A stretch of DNA of 64,000 nucleotides, taken from assembly GCA_017609605.1 (NCBI GenBank), contig JAFCDO010000002.1:9369-73368 (forward strand). The letters are read 5' to 3'. A program made the translations under genes and the position numbers. This DNA is from Candidatus Parvarchaeota archaeon. Lineage in GTDB: Archaea; Nanobdellota; Nanobdellia; JAAOXT01. Shown one piece after another: positions 38,058-47,939 of the stretch. The notes below the pieces were generated by a model. The model had not been told where the DNA came from. It saw only the letters and a program-made list of their open reading frames with translations, and did no database searches. Each line of letters begins with the position of its first letter. The stretch's first letter is position 1.

Positions 38058-38143
38058 CGCCGAGGAAGAGATTTGAACTCTTGAGGGAAGTGAATCCCAC
38101 GGGATTTCCAGTCCCGCGCCTTAGACCGCTCAGCCACCTCGGC
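38058..38143 (-). tRNA. tRNA-Ser(GGA)
   Basis: GCCGAGG acceptor stem, anticodon arm CGGGA-CT-GGA-AA-TCCCG, long variable arm, T-loop TTCAAAT; CCA not encoded. Confidence 0.96.
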
Positions 38144-38183
38144 AAAGTATTAAGAATCTTAGAATGGACTGGTTTTAAAATGT

Positions 38184-38993
38184 TTACGCTTCCACTAACT
38201 CTTTTAATTCTTGAATCATTCCAATTGTTTCCTCAGGATTGAAATAATCTTTTCTTGTTACTGGTTTAAAAGTCTCTGGGTCTGCTTTGTATCCTTCAAA
38301 GAAAGGCACTCCGCAAACGTCCATGCTAATTAATTCACAGTTGTCTAGAATTTTTTGTGAGCACTGCTTAAGTTTTTCAAAACTTAGTATTTTATCACGA
38401 AAAGCCAAAGGGTGATCTGTTTTTTTTGAGCAAACATCCAAGTCAACGCTGACATGCACTCTCTTACCTCTAATTTTATCAAGAATTTGTGTGAAAGGTT
38501 CATTAAATGTTAATAATTCAAGATTGTCATAAAAATCTTCGATTCTTGAAACCCTGCCACCCCTGTCACGAGCCTCCAAATTCTCTTTCTCAGGCATCAA
38601 GCCGTAACCAAAGACTTGCCCGACCTTGCGGGTCGCGTGTGCAATCCAGTCCGTAAAAGTGGGGCCTTCTGAATCAACAGTTCCCCAACTGTCACAGCAA
38701 TCGTTATGCGCGTCAAAAACAACTAATGCTTCAGCGTTTTTAGGGATAAGATGATAAGCTAAATCGTGATTATAGTTTGAACCATAAACCGTAAAAAAAT
38801 CTTGATTTGAATTTACTGAATTCACAAGCTCATTCGTGTTTACACAATCTATTACTTTTACTAAAAAACATATATCCTCCAGAATAAGATCGAATTTCTG
38901 TTTTTTTTCATAAGGTACCTTAACTACTTCTGACCAGTCTTCATCAAGCAGAGAGTCCATTTTACTGGACATGTGAACCAAACGACCCTTCAT
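38184..38993 (-). CDS. Arginase/ureohydrolase-fold protein
   Basis: VFDAHND and SVDLDV metal motifs. Confidence 0.75.
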   Translation of the reverse strand: MKGRLVHMSSKMDSLLDEDWSEVVKVPYEKKQKFDLILEDICFLVKVIDCVNTNELVNSVNSNQDFFTVYGSNYNHDLAYHLIPKNAEALVVFDAHNDCCDSWGTVDSEGPTFTDWIAHATRKVGQVFGYGLMPEKENLEARDRGGRVSRIEDFYDNLELLTFNEPFTQILDKIRGKRVHVSVDLDVCSKKTDHPLAFRDKILSFEKLKQCSQKILDNCELISMDVCGVPFFEGYKADPETFKPVTRKDYFNPEETIGMIQELKELVEA

Positions 38994-39029
38994 AGTTACT
39001 ACTAATTAGTGGTCTATTTTTAAGGTTTT

Positions 39030-39896
39030 CTATCCTGTTTTTCTGAAAGTTCTTCCACAATTGGTGCAGGAATACTTTCCTCCTCCGCTTGAGAAGCTTA
39101 TGCTCCCACAATGAGGGCAGACTGTAGGCAGGTTGGTTACGAGCGTATCTCCAGAACCTTTTTTCTTGCCTTTTTTGGAGCCGTACTGTAAAACCATGAA
39201 AATCAGGTAAACTAGTGTTCGTAGGATTCCTGCTTTAGTGCGCCAATCAACTTTCGGGTTCAAGAGAAGAGCCAGCAAAACTATTATCACAATTACGATT
39301 ACGCCGTAAACGATTACGTCCTGAATTGTTAGGCCTCCGAACGCTTCGCAAACCCCTGACTCCGTGTTGCATGATTGCCCGGTGGGGCAGTGACAGTCCA
39401 TGCAGCAGTTTGACGGGTTCTCCCATGACGAGCAAATCCCGTCCCCACAATAACCTTTGGTGAACGCTATTGGCATGTCTAGGCTTAAACTTCCTTTATC
39501 ATACTGGACTTGAACGCTGACTCCCGTCCTAATCTCACTAGTTCCTTCTATGGTTAGGGTTACGTCTTTGCTGCTCCCCCCGCTTAATCGAATCCAACCG
39601 CTGGTCCACGTGTTCCCTCCACCTCCAGCTGCAGTGACTGCTTTAATCATATAACCGCTCGCTCCCACGACTGTGAGGGACGCGTTCAAATCATTTTGTG
39701 TCAGCGAAGTCATGCTTGCAGTGAGGAATACTGTGTCACCGACGAGGCCGAGTCGTTTGCTCCCAGTAACTGTTAGCAAAAGGTTTTCGTCGTTCACTGA
39801 AGAATTCAGTTGGTCCACGAAAGTCGAATCCTCAAGCGCGAGGATTGGTGAGAACAATAAAATGAATGATAGCAGGGCGCAAAAACTTTTTTTCAT
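39030..39896 (-). CDS. Secreted/membrane protein with Cys-rich module, TM helices and C-terminal zinc ribbon
   Basis: Signal peptide, CGDGIC...CCMDC, TM, CPHC...CTNC. Confidence 0.75.
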   Translation of the reverse strand: MKKSFCALLSFILLFSPILALEDSTFVDQLNSSVNDENLLLTVTGSKRLGLVGDTVFLTASMTSLTQNDLNASLTVVGASGYMIKAVTAAGGGGNTWTSGWIRLSGGSSKDVTLTIEGTSEIRTGVSVQVQYDKGSLSLDMPIAFTKGYCGDGICSSWENPSNCCMDCHCPTGQSCNTESGVCEAFGGLTIQDVIVYGVIVIVIIVLLALLLNPKVDWRTKAGILRTLVYLIFMVLQYGSKKGKKKGSGDTLVTNLPTVCPHCGSISFSSGGGKYSCTNCGRTFRKTG

Positions 39897-39938
39897 TGAT
39901 AATACTTTTTTTTTACATAACTTACTTATAATTTTTTT

Positions 39939-41315
39939 TTAGTTCCACTCGCACTTCCAAACAGCTATGTCGCCTCGCGGGTGCGGGAACTTGATGTAAG
40001 GAACGCAGTTCTCGACCATGAAATCAAACAATTCGGGCCAAACACCTAACAAGGAATAGTCATCCGTCCTGTCCAAAAAGAACTTGATTTTGTTTCGCTT
40101 CATCGCGTTCATGAAGTCTTGAGCTGTTGCCCCTCCTGCTTCGCGCACGTGCATGAACGTGTTAACCCACTGCGGAGGCGCGTCCCTGCCGGTTCGCATG
40201 GCCACTTCTGATACAAAGGTTGAGTAACCCATGATCATGTCATCGGGAGAAGAGTTAGCGGTTATAAAGTTCATAAAATCTTGTCTTATCTCAAGGTCCC
40301 CGGAAGCTATGGGATTATAATGATATATGTAAACGAACTGGTAAACTGCGAGGAGGGTGAACGCGAGCGTTCCTAAGTAGAACGTTTTGCGTTTGTTGAA
40401 CTCTAGATTCGTCGCCGAGAACAGGAGGATGACAGGGATTAGTTGGGCGAGGTAATAAAACCTTATTGCCCTAATGACTGCATATTCAAGGAATAGTGTT
40501 AATCCTATGTAAAGCAAGAAAAAATTGTTGTAAAACATTTTCTTCCTGTAAACCAGAGCGAAAACGAGTAATAGGGTTAGCCAGGCATTCTCGACCACGA
40601 AGAATTGGGACGTGGAAGAAATCATTGCGTCCAGCATTCCCTCCCAATTCATTAATCTCATGAATTCTGCGCTGGTCCCCAAATTATTGAGCACGTAGTT
40701 CTTGTAGGGCAGGAAGTAAAGCGTTGTGATGATGAAGGGTATCGTGAGTCCAAGCAAGTATTTTTTCCAGTTCTTGCGAGAGGATAGTAGGAAAGCTATA
40801 GGGAGAATGATTGCGTCTTGTCTGGTGAGAATGGCTAAGGAAGCTGTCAGGCCCGACCAAAAGCTTTTTTCTTTGATGAACGCGTAAACGCTTAGTGCGA
40901 CGAAGAAAGTGGTTTGCATGAAGCCCAGGGTTTCAGCGCCGCCTCTCCACAAGGTTCCGATGGTCATCGTGATTAAGGCTATGTTGAGGGCTACGCCTTT
41001 TTTCTTGTATTTCTTTTCCAGTTCGAGTCCTGTAGCGTATAGAATTATTATGGTGAAGGTTTTTTGCGCGAACGTGTAAAAGTTGCCTGCTAGGATGCTT
41101 GGCCCAACGATTTTGAAGAACGCTGCCAGCCCGTATATAAGAGCTGGTGGTTTCATGAAGAAAATATCTTTGTACAGCACGCTTCCTTCTGACACTAGTT
41201 TGGATATGTAAAAGTAGAAGTTTTCGTCGCTCCATAAAGGGTTGAAAGCTGTTAGGCTGATTAGGGAGCTGATGGTTAATAGTATTAAGAATGGATAATG
41301 TTTTTTGAAACTCAT
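39939..41315 (-). CDS. GT-C (ArnT/PMT-like) membrane glycosyltransferase
   Basis: WSDE, LYKDIFFMKPP, multiple TMs; start moved to ATG 41315. Confidence 0.8.
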   Translation of the reverse strand: MSFKKHYPFLILLTISSLISLTAFNPLWSDENFYFYISKLVSEGSVLYKDIFFMKPPALIYGLAAFFKIVGPSILAGNFYTFAQKTFTIIILYATGLELEKKYKKKGVALNIALITMTIGTLWRGGAETLGFMQTTFFVALSVYAFIKEKSFWSGLTASLAILTRQDAIILPIAFLLSSRKNWKKYLLGLTIPFIITTLYFLPYKNYVLNNLGTSAEFMRLMNWEGMLDAMISSTSQFFVVENAWLTLLLVFALVYRKKMFYNNFFLLYIGLTLFLEYAVIRAIRFYYLAQLIPVILLFSATNLEFNKRKTFYLGTLAFTLLAVYQFVYIYHYNPIASGDLEIRQDFMNFITANSSPDDMIMGYSTFVSEVAMRTGRDAPPQWVNTFMHVREAGGATAQDFMNAMKRNKIKFFLDRTDDYSLLGVWPELFDFMVENCVPYIKFPHPRGDIAVWKCEWN

Positions 41316-41353
41316 CTTATTTAGAATTAAGGTTTTTGGAGTGTTAAAAAGTT

Positions 41354-41662
41354 TTACTCTACGATTTCTATTTCTATGTTCACGTCTTTTGGCACAGGCA
41401 CTCTCATGATGAGTCTTAGGGCTCGTTCGCTCATGGACAGGTCGATTAATCTTTTGTGTATGCGCATGTGCCAGGTCTCGTAAGTTTCTCTTCCAGTGCC
41501 GCAAGGACTTTTCCTAACAGGTATTTTGAGTTTTTTGGTTGGCAGGGGTATTGGTCCTCGCATTTCCACGCCAGTTCTTTCAGCTATTATTTTGATTTGG
41601 TCGACTAACTGGTTCAGTTTCTGCGGTTCAGTGCTTGATATCTTGATTCTGGCCTTACCCAT
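41354..41662 (-). CDS. rps10: 30S ribosomal protein uS10
   Basis: [23 protein letters not shown]; start moved to ATG 41662. Confidence 0.97.
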   Translation of the reverse strand: MGKARIKISSTEPQKLNQLVDQIKIIAERTGVEMRGPIPLPTKKLKIPVRKSPCGTGRETYETWHMRIHKRLIDLSMSERALRLIMRVPVPKDVNIEIEIVE

Positions 41663-41799
41663 GGTTCTAACTAAATCTAGTGCTTTGCTTAAAAAGGTTT
41701 CGTTCAACTATCTTTGAAAGTGAATTTGATTGCTTTTTGTGTAGTAATTATCAAGATATTTAAAAAGAAAGAGAAATAGTTTTTCTTTGTAGGTTTAAT

Positions 41800-42222
41800 A
41801 TGCTGGTTAAAAGAAAAAATGGCATGAAATTCAATTTAGAACTTAGACCTCACCATCTTTTGGGTTACTTTAAACACGAAGCTTATATTGAATGGTATAA
41901 CATGTTTGATGAGGAATATATCGCGAGATTCAGGGAAGAGAAAGGGAATTTTCATTCAGATGAATTAATTATTCATTGGAGAAACATACTCAGACAACTA
42001 CATGAAAATCCTAATCTAAGAATTAGATATGTTTTTGGTTTGGATTCTGTTTGCGAGAAATGTGATAAGAAAAATTTATGCAGTGACAGGAAACATTGGG
42101 CTTATGAATCTGTCAAGAAAGCGGATATTGACGCTATTGAAAAACTTCCTGATTTGAAGTTAGGAAAGGTATATGACGGACACTTTTTAAAGAAGTTGTT
42201 TAAAAAGAAGAATTTAGTCTGA
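41800..42222 (+). CDS. DUF1284-like protein
   Basis: LRPHHLL...DSVCEKC; AT-rich. Confidence 0.6.
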   Translation: MLVKRKNGMKFNLELRPHHLLGYFKHEAYIEWYNMFDEEYIARFREEKGNFHSDELIIHWRNILRQLHENPNLRIRYVFGLDSVCEKCDKKNLCSDRKHWAYESVKKADIDAIEKLPDLKLGKVYDGHFLKKLFKKKNLV

Positions 42223-42409
42223 ATTATTGTTAACAGTTAGGTTTTTCGGAAATTTTTGAATTAAGGGGTCAATAAATTTATCAACTTTGCCAACTACTGC
42301 TATTCTTCAAGGTCTTTTTCAAAACTGCTTCCTAATTTTTTTCTTCCGCGTTCAAGCAGCCACTTTTTTCCAAGGCTTAAAGCTAAATAGAGTTTAAAAA
42401 AATGTAAGA

Positions 42410-42435
42410 AAAGGGTTTTTGTTTTGAAACCCTTT
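42410..42435 (-). terminator. Hairpin downstream of tuf
   Basis: Perfect 9-bp inverted repeat AAAGGGTTT-N8-AAACCCTTT 11 nt after the tuf stop, followed by a U-tract on the minus strand. Confidence 0.55.
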
Positions 42436-42446
42436 ATCGAATTTGT

Positions 42447-43718
42447 TTAAGCTGTTTTCAGGATGTCTATGCAAACGCCTGCCGCAACCGTTCTTCCCAT
42501 GTCTCTGACCGCGAAGCTTGATAGTTGCGCTAAGTCTTCCTTTTTCTCTATGATGAATGGTTTGGTTGGAATTATTTCCACTATTGCAGCGTCCCCTGCT
42601 TTGATGAAGTCCGGGTTCTCTTGAAGGGTCGCCCCTGTTTTCGGGTCAAGTTTTTTCAGGATTTTATCGAACCTGCAAGCAACTTGGCTGGTGTGCGTGT
42701 GGAATACTGGCGTGTAACCTGATGCTATGACGCTTGGGTGTTCGAGAACAATTATTTGCGCAACAAATTTTTTGACGATTTTCGCCGCGTCTTTTACGTG
42801 GCTGCAAATGTCTCCTCTTTTCACGCTTTTCTTGTCCACTCCTCGAACATTGAATCCTATGTTGTCTCCAGGGATTGCTTCTTTGATTTGCTCGTGGTGC
42901 ATTTCTATGCTTTTGACTTCTCCTGACGCCCCGCTTGGCAGGAACACTACTTTGTCCCCTATCTTCATTTTTCCTGATATGACTTTGCCGACTGGTACTG
43001 TCCCGATTCCCGTGATGCTGTAACTGTCTTCTATGGGTATTCTTAGAGGCTTGTCTGTTGGGAGTTTTGGAGGTGACAGCGTGTCAAATGACTCCAATAA
43101 CGTTTTTCCTTTGTACCAAGCCATTTTGTCGCTTTTCTTGGCGATGTTGTCGCCCCCGATCGCTGAAGTCGCTAGGAAAAGCATGCCTTCCGTGCTGATT
43201 CCAATGCTTTTGAACAGTTTTTCCATTTGGTCTTTGACTTCGTTGAATCTTTTCTCGTCGTATTTTACCGCGTCCATCTTATTGATGTCAACAATTATTT
43301 GTTTGACTCCCATGACTTTTAGCAGGAAAGCGTGTTCTTTTGTTTGGGGCATTATCCCGTCGCTGGCCGCGACCACTAGTACTGCCGCGTCTGCTTGACT
43401 TGCTCCTGTTATCATGTTTTTAATGAAGTCTTTGTGGCCCGGAGCGTCTATTATCGTGAAGTAATACTTTTTAGTGTCAAACCTTTTTTCTGCCAGATCG
43501 ATTGTCAGTCCTCTTTTTCTTTCTTCTTTGGTCAAGTCTACTGCGTAAGCGTATTCCCAAGTGCCTTTCCCAACTTCTTCAGCTAGTTTCTTGAATTTAA
43601 TGAGGTCTTGTTCGCTTACTATGCCTGTTTCGAAGAACAATCTTCCTATCGTTGTTGATTTTCCATGGTCTACGTGACCCGTGAAAATCAGGTTGATGTG
43701 TGGTTTTTTCTCTGCCAT
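42447..43718 (-). CDS. tuf: Translation elongation factor EF-1 alpha
   Basis: GHVDHGKST, DAPGHKDF, NKMD, PGDNIGFNV, FAVRDMG. Confidence 0.98.
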   Translation of the reverse strand: MAEKKPHINLIFTGHVDHGKSTTIGRLFFETGIVSEQDLIKFKKLAEEVGKGTWEYAYAVDLTKEERKRGLTIDLAEKRFDTKKYYFTIIDAPGHKDFIKNMITGASQADAAVLVVAASDGIMPQTKEHAFLLKVMGVKQIIVDINKMDAVKYDEKRFNEVKDQMEKLFKSIGISTEGMLFLATSAIGGDNIAKKSDKMAWYKGKTLLESFDTLSPPKLPTDKPLRIPIEDSYSITGIGTVPVGKVISGKMKIGDKVVFLPSGASGEVKSIEMHHEQIKEAIPGDNIGFNVRGVDKKSVKRGDICSHVKDAAKIVKKFVAQIIVLEHPSVIASGYTPVFHTHTSQVACRFDKILKKLDPKTGATLQENPDFIKAGDAAIVEIIPTKPFIIEKKEDLAQLSSFAVRDMGRTVAAGVCIDILKTA

Positions 43719-43968
43719 TTTATTTTTTTCACCTATGTATTAGTTATTTTTTTGTTGTTAAATTGTAAAAACATCCTCTTTTAAAAGTTTTGGTAATAGC
43801 TGATTTGCATATTAATCGGGTTCTGCACAAAAATTAAGACAACTCGCACAATAATTAAATTAATGAACAACCAGGCTCTTTTTCATAAATTATTTAGAAG
43901 TTACTTTGCGATTTACTGTATGAATATTTATGGAGGGGAAAACCACTAAAAAAAATTAAAATAAATGT

Positions 43969-45486
43969 TTAGCTTATCGGCCCGTTCTTCCAGAGGTCAT
44001 CCCTGAGCGTCTTCCCACTTCTTTCCTTCCACTCATCGATTGATATGGAATGCTTTTCCATAATCTTTTGGCCGACTCCGAGGCCGTTGTAGGTGCAGAA
44101 AGGCACCATTCCCTCCGGCGTCGTGTAATGGATTACGCAGTTCTGTAACCGATCCAGATCCAGGTTCCAGACGTCCTGGAACCACATTGTTCCCAAGTAA
44201 AGCGTCTTGTGATGGAACTTGCCTATTGAGGAGTAGTCACCCTGGACAACGGCATTAACGAGAAGCTTCCTCGCGGAGAACCCTTTCGGAGCTTTTTCCT
44301 TATCCACGTATTTGGAAACGTTTTTCATCATTGAAGCAGCTATCCTTGCCTTCTTAACTATTCCCTTCTTTTCCGAAAGTTCTTCGATCAGTTCCATGAA
44401 TCCTTCTACATCAAAGAATCTTGTAATCGGAACCATTCTGTCACCATCTATGAATATATAAGTCGCGGCGCCGCAGTTCGGGTGGGCTGTGAATTCAACC
44501 TGTTTCTCGTCCTTGAGGTTTTCGATCAGCTTAGATATGGGGTAAACAAAGGGTACTGGGTACCAGTCCTTTTTAGTGATTTGTCCACCGGAGTCCTCCT
44601 CTATTTTCTCCATCAGCGTCGAGTAATCCACTCTTCTCTTTTCTCTATATTCGTCAACGATGTTTTCGAGCCTGCCTGTGAAAGCAATGGGTTGAATGTT
44701 GACGCCACGAACAATGTCTATATTGTCCTTGGCGTATTCAATTATGTCCACGATTTCGTCGATATTGTCCTGCATAGCGACGGGAACCAAGACAACGCTT
44801 CGGAAACCAATTTCCCTTAGGTTCTGGATTGCTTGTTTGTTCTGTTCAATCCAGGGATTTGTTTCTTTAGTCACGCCGTCAAAGCTCATGTAAATAGTGT
44901 TTACACCGTGGTCCAGTATTTTTTTGCAGTACTCCTTGGACTCGGCTAATTTAATCGAATTAGTGTTCAGTTGAATGTGTACGAAACCAGCCTCTCTTGC
45001 TATATCGCAGATTTCAAAGAGGTCGTCTCGGACCGTTGGTTCTCCACCGGTTATTTGAATCGCTTTTGAAGGAACTGGCTTTTCATGACTGGCTTGATCG
45101 ACCATCTTCTGTATCTCATCCAGAGAAGGTTCGTAGATGAATCCTTGACTGCCCGCGTTCGCGAAGCAGTATGAGCAGCGTAGATTGCAACGGTTGGTCA
45201 CGGTTAGATTGGTGAGAACTGATTGTGAATTATGAGTGTCGTAGAGGGAGAGGTTTTCGACATGGACGCCTTCTATCCCCTTCCCCTCTCTTTTGTATTT
45301 TGCCCACCTTTTATAATCCTCGGCATCCGAAAACATTAAGGATTGGAAAGGACCGTGCTCTTCACATTCCTTCCTGATGTAAATACTCCCTCCTTCTTCA
45401 ACTAGTTCGGCTTCTAATTCCTTAACTTCTCCGTCTTGACGAAAACATTCCGGACAAATTGACCGAGTCTTTTCCAGAATCTCCAT
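43969..45486 (-). CDS. tes: Radical SAM protein, tetraether lipid synthase (Tes / GDGT-MAS) family
   Basis: SICPEC...KECEEHG, VTNRCNLRCSYCFANA, YEPS, GGEPTVR, RGVNIQP, HPNCG, CVIHYTTPEGMVPFCTYN. Confidence 0.8.
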   Translation of the reverse strand: MEILEKTRSICPECFRQDGEVKELEAELVEEGGSIYIRKECEEHGPFQSLMFSDAEDYKRWAKYKREGKGIEGVHVENLSLYDTHNSQSVLTNLTVTNRCNLRCSYCFANAGSQGFIYEPSLDEIQKMVDQASHEKPVPSKAIQITGGEPTVRDDLFEICDIAREAGFVHIQLNTNSIKLAESKEYCKKILDHGVNTIYMSFDGVTKETNPWIEQNKQAIQNLREIGFRSVVLVPVAMQDNIDEIVDIIEYAKDNIDIVRGVNIQPIAFTGRLENIVDEYREKRRVDYSTLMEKIEEDSGGQITKKDWYPVPFVYPISKLIENLKDEKQVEFTAHPNCGAATYIFIDGDRMVPITRFFDVEGFMELIEELSEKKGIVKKARIAASMMKNVSKYVDKEKAPKGFSARKLLVNAVVQGDYSSIGKFHHKTLYLGTMWFQDVWNLDLDRLQNCVIHYTTPEGMVPFCTYNGLGVGQKIMEKHSISIDEWKERSGKTLRDDLWKNGPIS

Positions 45487-45547
45487 ACTTGTAAACTTAC
45501 TTAAAATAAACTTTTATAAAAAACTTATTGATTTCTCTTCAAGCTGT

Positions 45548-47725
45548 TCACGTGGACAAACCTTTTCTTTGCCTTATACTCTTGATAACTTCTTCCTGCA
45601 ATTCTTTGGGTAGTTTTTCGAACTTGGAGTCCACGAGGAACCACGCGCCCCTACCTTCAGTGCCTGAACGCAAGTCGCTTGTGAAACCAAAAATTCTTGC
45701 CACAGGCATCTTCGCTTTAATCGTCACTCTATCTTCACCCTGTTCCATGTCTAAGATCTGACCCCTTCTAGTCTGGACTTGTTTGCTAATCGAACCCATG
45801 TAATCTATTGGTGAGTCAATCCTAATTGTTTGGACTGGTTCGAAGATTAATGGGCTCGCGTGACTGAAAGCTTTCCTAATCCCATCTCTGAGCGCTGGCT
45901 TGACTTGCATTGGGCCTCTGTGAATAGCGTCTTCATGCAGTTTCATATCATTAAGGATTAGTTTCACGCCCGTGACCGGTTCTCCGGCTACGGGTCCTCC
46001 TTCCATGACTTCTCTGAACGCTGCAATGATTAGTTCCATAACTTCGCCTACGTGCACGATTCCTTTAGTGTTATCGTACAACAAGTTGCCTTGAAAAATG
46101 TCTTTAACTCGTTTAGCTTCTTTAGCGCCGTAACCAAATTTTTTCAATTTCTCAATCACTCCCACGTCTTTCTTCCTTATTTTTCCTTCAGGAAGTTCTC
46201 CCTCTCTTATCGCTTTGCTAATCTCTTGTTCTAAGGGCTCGACTTGAAGGTAAAACTTGTTGTGCTTGTTAGGACTTTTTCCCTCAACTTCGGGGGAGGT
46301 TCCTTGAATGGTCTCCCTATAAATCACTATTGGTTGGGAAGTAACGACTTGCATGTTCTTGTACTTCTTAATCTTGTGCTCTGTCCACTCTAAATGAAGT
46401 TCGCCCAAACCGCTGATGATTTGTTCGCCTGACTCTTCGTTAATCTTGATTTGGATTGTTGGGTCTTCCTGACTTATTTCCCTTAAGACTTGGATTAGTT
46501 TCGGCAAATCCTTGGGGTTCTTGGCTTCAATTGCTTTGGTAACCACCGGGTCGAATAAGTGTTTTATTCTCTCGAAAGGCACCATTTCACTGTTGGAAAC
46601 TGTTTCTCCTGAACCAATGCCTTTCAGACCAATGACTGCTGCAGTGTTGCCCGCGGGAACGCTTTCCTGAGTGGTTCTTTTTTCGATGATAACCGTGAAT
46701 ATTTGTTGGGTTTTCGCTATTCCTCGCTTCCTGTTCAAATACACTTCCATGCCTCTTTTCAGGCTTCCTGAAAACACTCTTCCAAAAGTTATTTCTCCTG
46801 CTTGAGGGTCAACAATCACTTTGGTGACCACGAATACTAGTGGCCCGTTTTCATCCACGTTCATTAACGATTTTCCGACTTCGCTTTCAAGGTCTCCATC
46901 CCACAGTTTTGGGATCCTGTACTTCTGAGCGACTAACGGGTCAGGTAAGTGTTTTACAACCATGTCAAGTATTACTTGATGCAACGGCACTTTTTCTTCG
47001 AGTTCAGCTAGTTTTTCCCTGATTTCCTGATCTGATCCTTCGTAAGATTCTTTGATTTGTTTGAAAGTTATTCCTGTCTGCTTCATTATTGGAAAGCTTA
47101 AAGCCCAGCGGTGCACTGCAGACCCGAAACCAACTGTTCCCTCGTCGGGCTTGCACTTCCACTTCTCCTTAAACTCTTCTGGAGCTAATTGCTGGATTAA
47201 CTTGTTGTAACCGGCCATGATTTTCAAGAAGCGTTTCTGCATGTCCTCTGGTTTCAACTTAAGTTCTTTGAATAAGCGGTCAACCTTGTTTATGAACAGG
47301 ACTGGCTCAACTCTTTCACCCATTGCTTGCCTAAGAACTGTTTCGGTTTGAGGCATTATTCCCTCCACGGCATCCACCACGACTAACGCGCCGTCCACTG
47401 CGCGCATCGCGCGAGTGACTTCGCCTCCGAAGTCAACGTGTCCTGGAGTGTCTATCAAATTGATAAGAAAGTGTTCGTCTCCAACTCCGTGAACCATGCT
47501 CACCGCTGACGCTTGAATCGTGATGCCTCTTTGCTGCTCCTCTTCCAACGAGTCCGTTTTTCTGGCAGTGCCAGCCACCCTCATGGAAAGCATTCCAGCG
47601 CCTGCCAGCAAGGAATCAGTGAGAGTTGATTTACCATGATCTATGTGCGCGATTATGCCAATGTTTCTGACTCTATCTCGCTTGAACATTAATTCTTCAA
47701 TTGATACTTTATCGTCTTTAGCCAT
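45548..47725 (-). CDS. fusA: Translation elongation factor EF-2
   Basis: AHIDHGKST, DTPGHVDF, NKVD, GLGELHL, HEDAIHRG diphthamide loop; start moved to ATG 47725. Confidence 0.98.
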   Translation of the reverse strand: MAKDDKVSIEELMFKRDRVRNIGIIAHIDHGKSTLTDSLLAGAGMLSMRVAGTARKTDSLEEEQQRGITIQASAVSMVHGVGDEHFLINLIDTPGHVDFGGEVTRAMRAVDGALVVVDAVEGIMPQTETVLRQAMGERVEPVLFINKVDRLFKELKLKPEDMQKRFLKIMAGYNKLIQQLAPEEFKEKWKCKPDEGTVGFGSAVHRWALSFPIMKQTGITFKQIKESYEGSDQEIREKLAELEEKVPLHQVILDMVVKHLPDPLVAQKYRIPKLWDGDLESEVGKSLMNVDENGPLVFVVTKVIVDPQAGEITFGRVFSGSLKRGMEVYLNRKRGIAKTQQIFTVIIEKRTTQESVPAGNTAAVIGLKGIGSGETVSNSEMVPFERIKHLFDPVVTKAIEAKNPKDLPKLIQVLREISQEDPTIQIKINEESGEQIISGLGELHLEWTEHKIKKYKNMQVVTSQPIVIYRETIQGTSPEVEGKSPNKHNKFYLQVEPLEQEISKAIREGELPEGKIRKKDVGVIEKLKKFGYGAKEAKRVKDIFQGNLLYDNTKGIVHVGEVMELIIAAFREVMEGGPVAGEPVTGVKLILNDMKLHEDAIHRGPMQVKPALRDGIRKAFSHASPLIFEPVQTIRIDSPIDYMGSISKQVQTRRGQILDMEQGEDRVTIKAKMPVARIFGFTSDLRSGTEGRGAWFLVDSKFEKLPKELQEEVIKSIRQRKGLST

Positions 47726-47939
47726 TTTTTTATTAATCACCGTAAGTAGTCTATTATTTCTAAAACCTTCTTTTTAAAAGTTTACGGTTTTCACGGCACC
47801 TTCAAGTTGATGGAACCGTCAACAAGGTAGGTTTTAAGGATTCCTTTTTGGTGAGGAATCAAGTATACTCGCTTAACACAGAAAGAGGCTGATGAGAAAC
47901 TTAAAAAGCCTGTTTCCGCTAAAAGTATGGAGAAATAAA

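Noticed and set aside
35429-38143. Integrated element at the tRNA-Ser 3' end
   Set aside because: No integrase, and I found no duplicate of the tRNA 3' end by eye.
47884-47920. CTGATGA followed by GAAAC, resembling a hammerhead ribozyme core
   Set aside because: There is no stem II between CUGAUGA and GAAA, and stem III cannot form properly.
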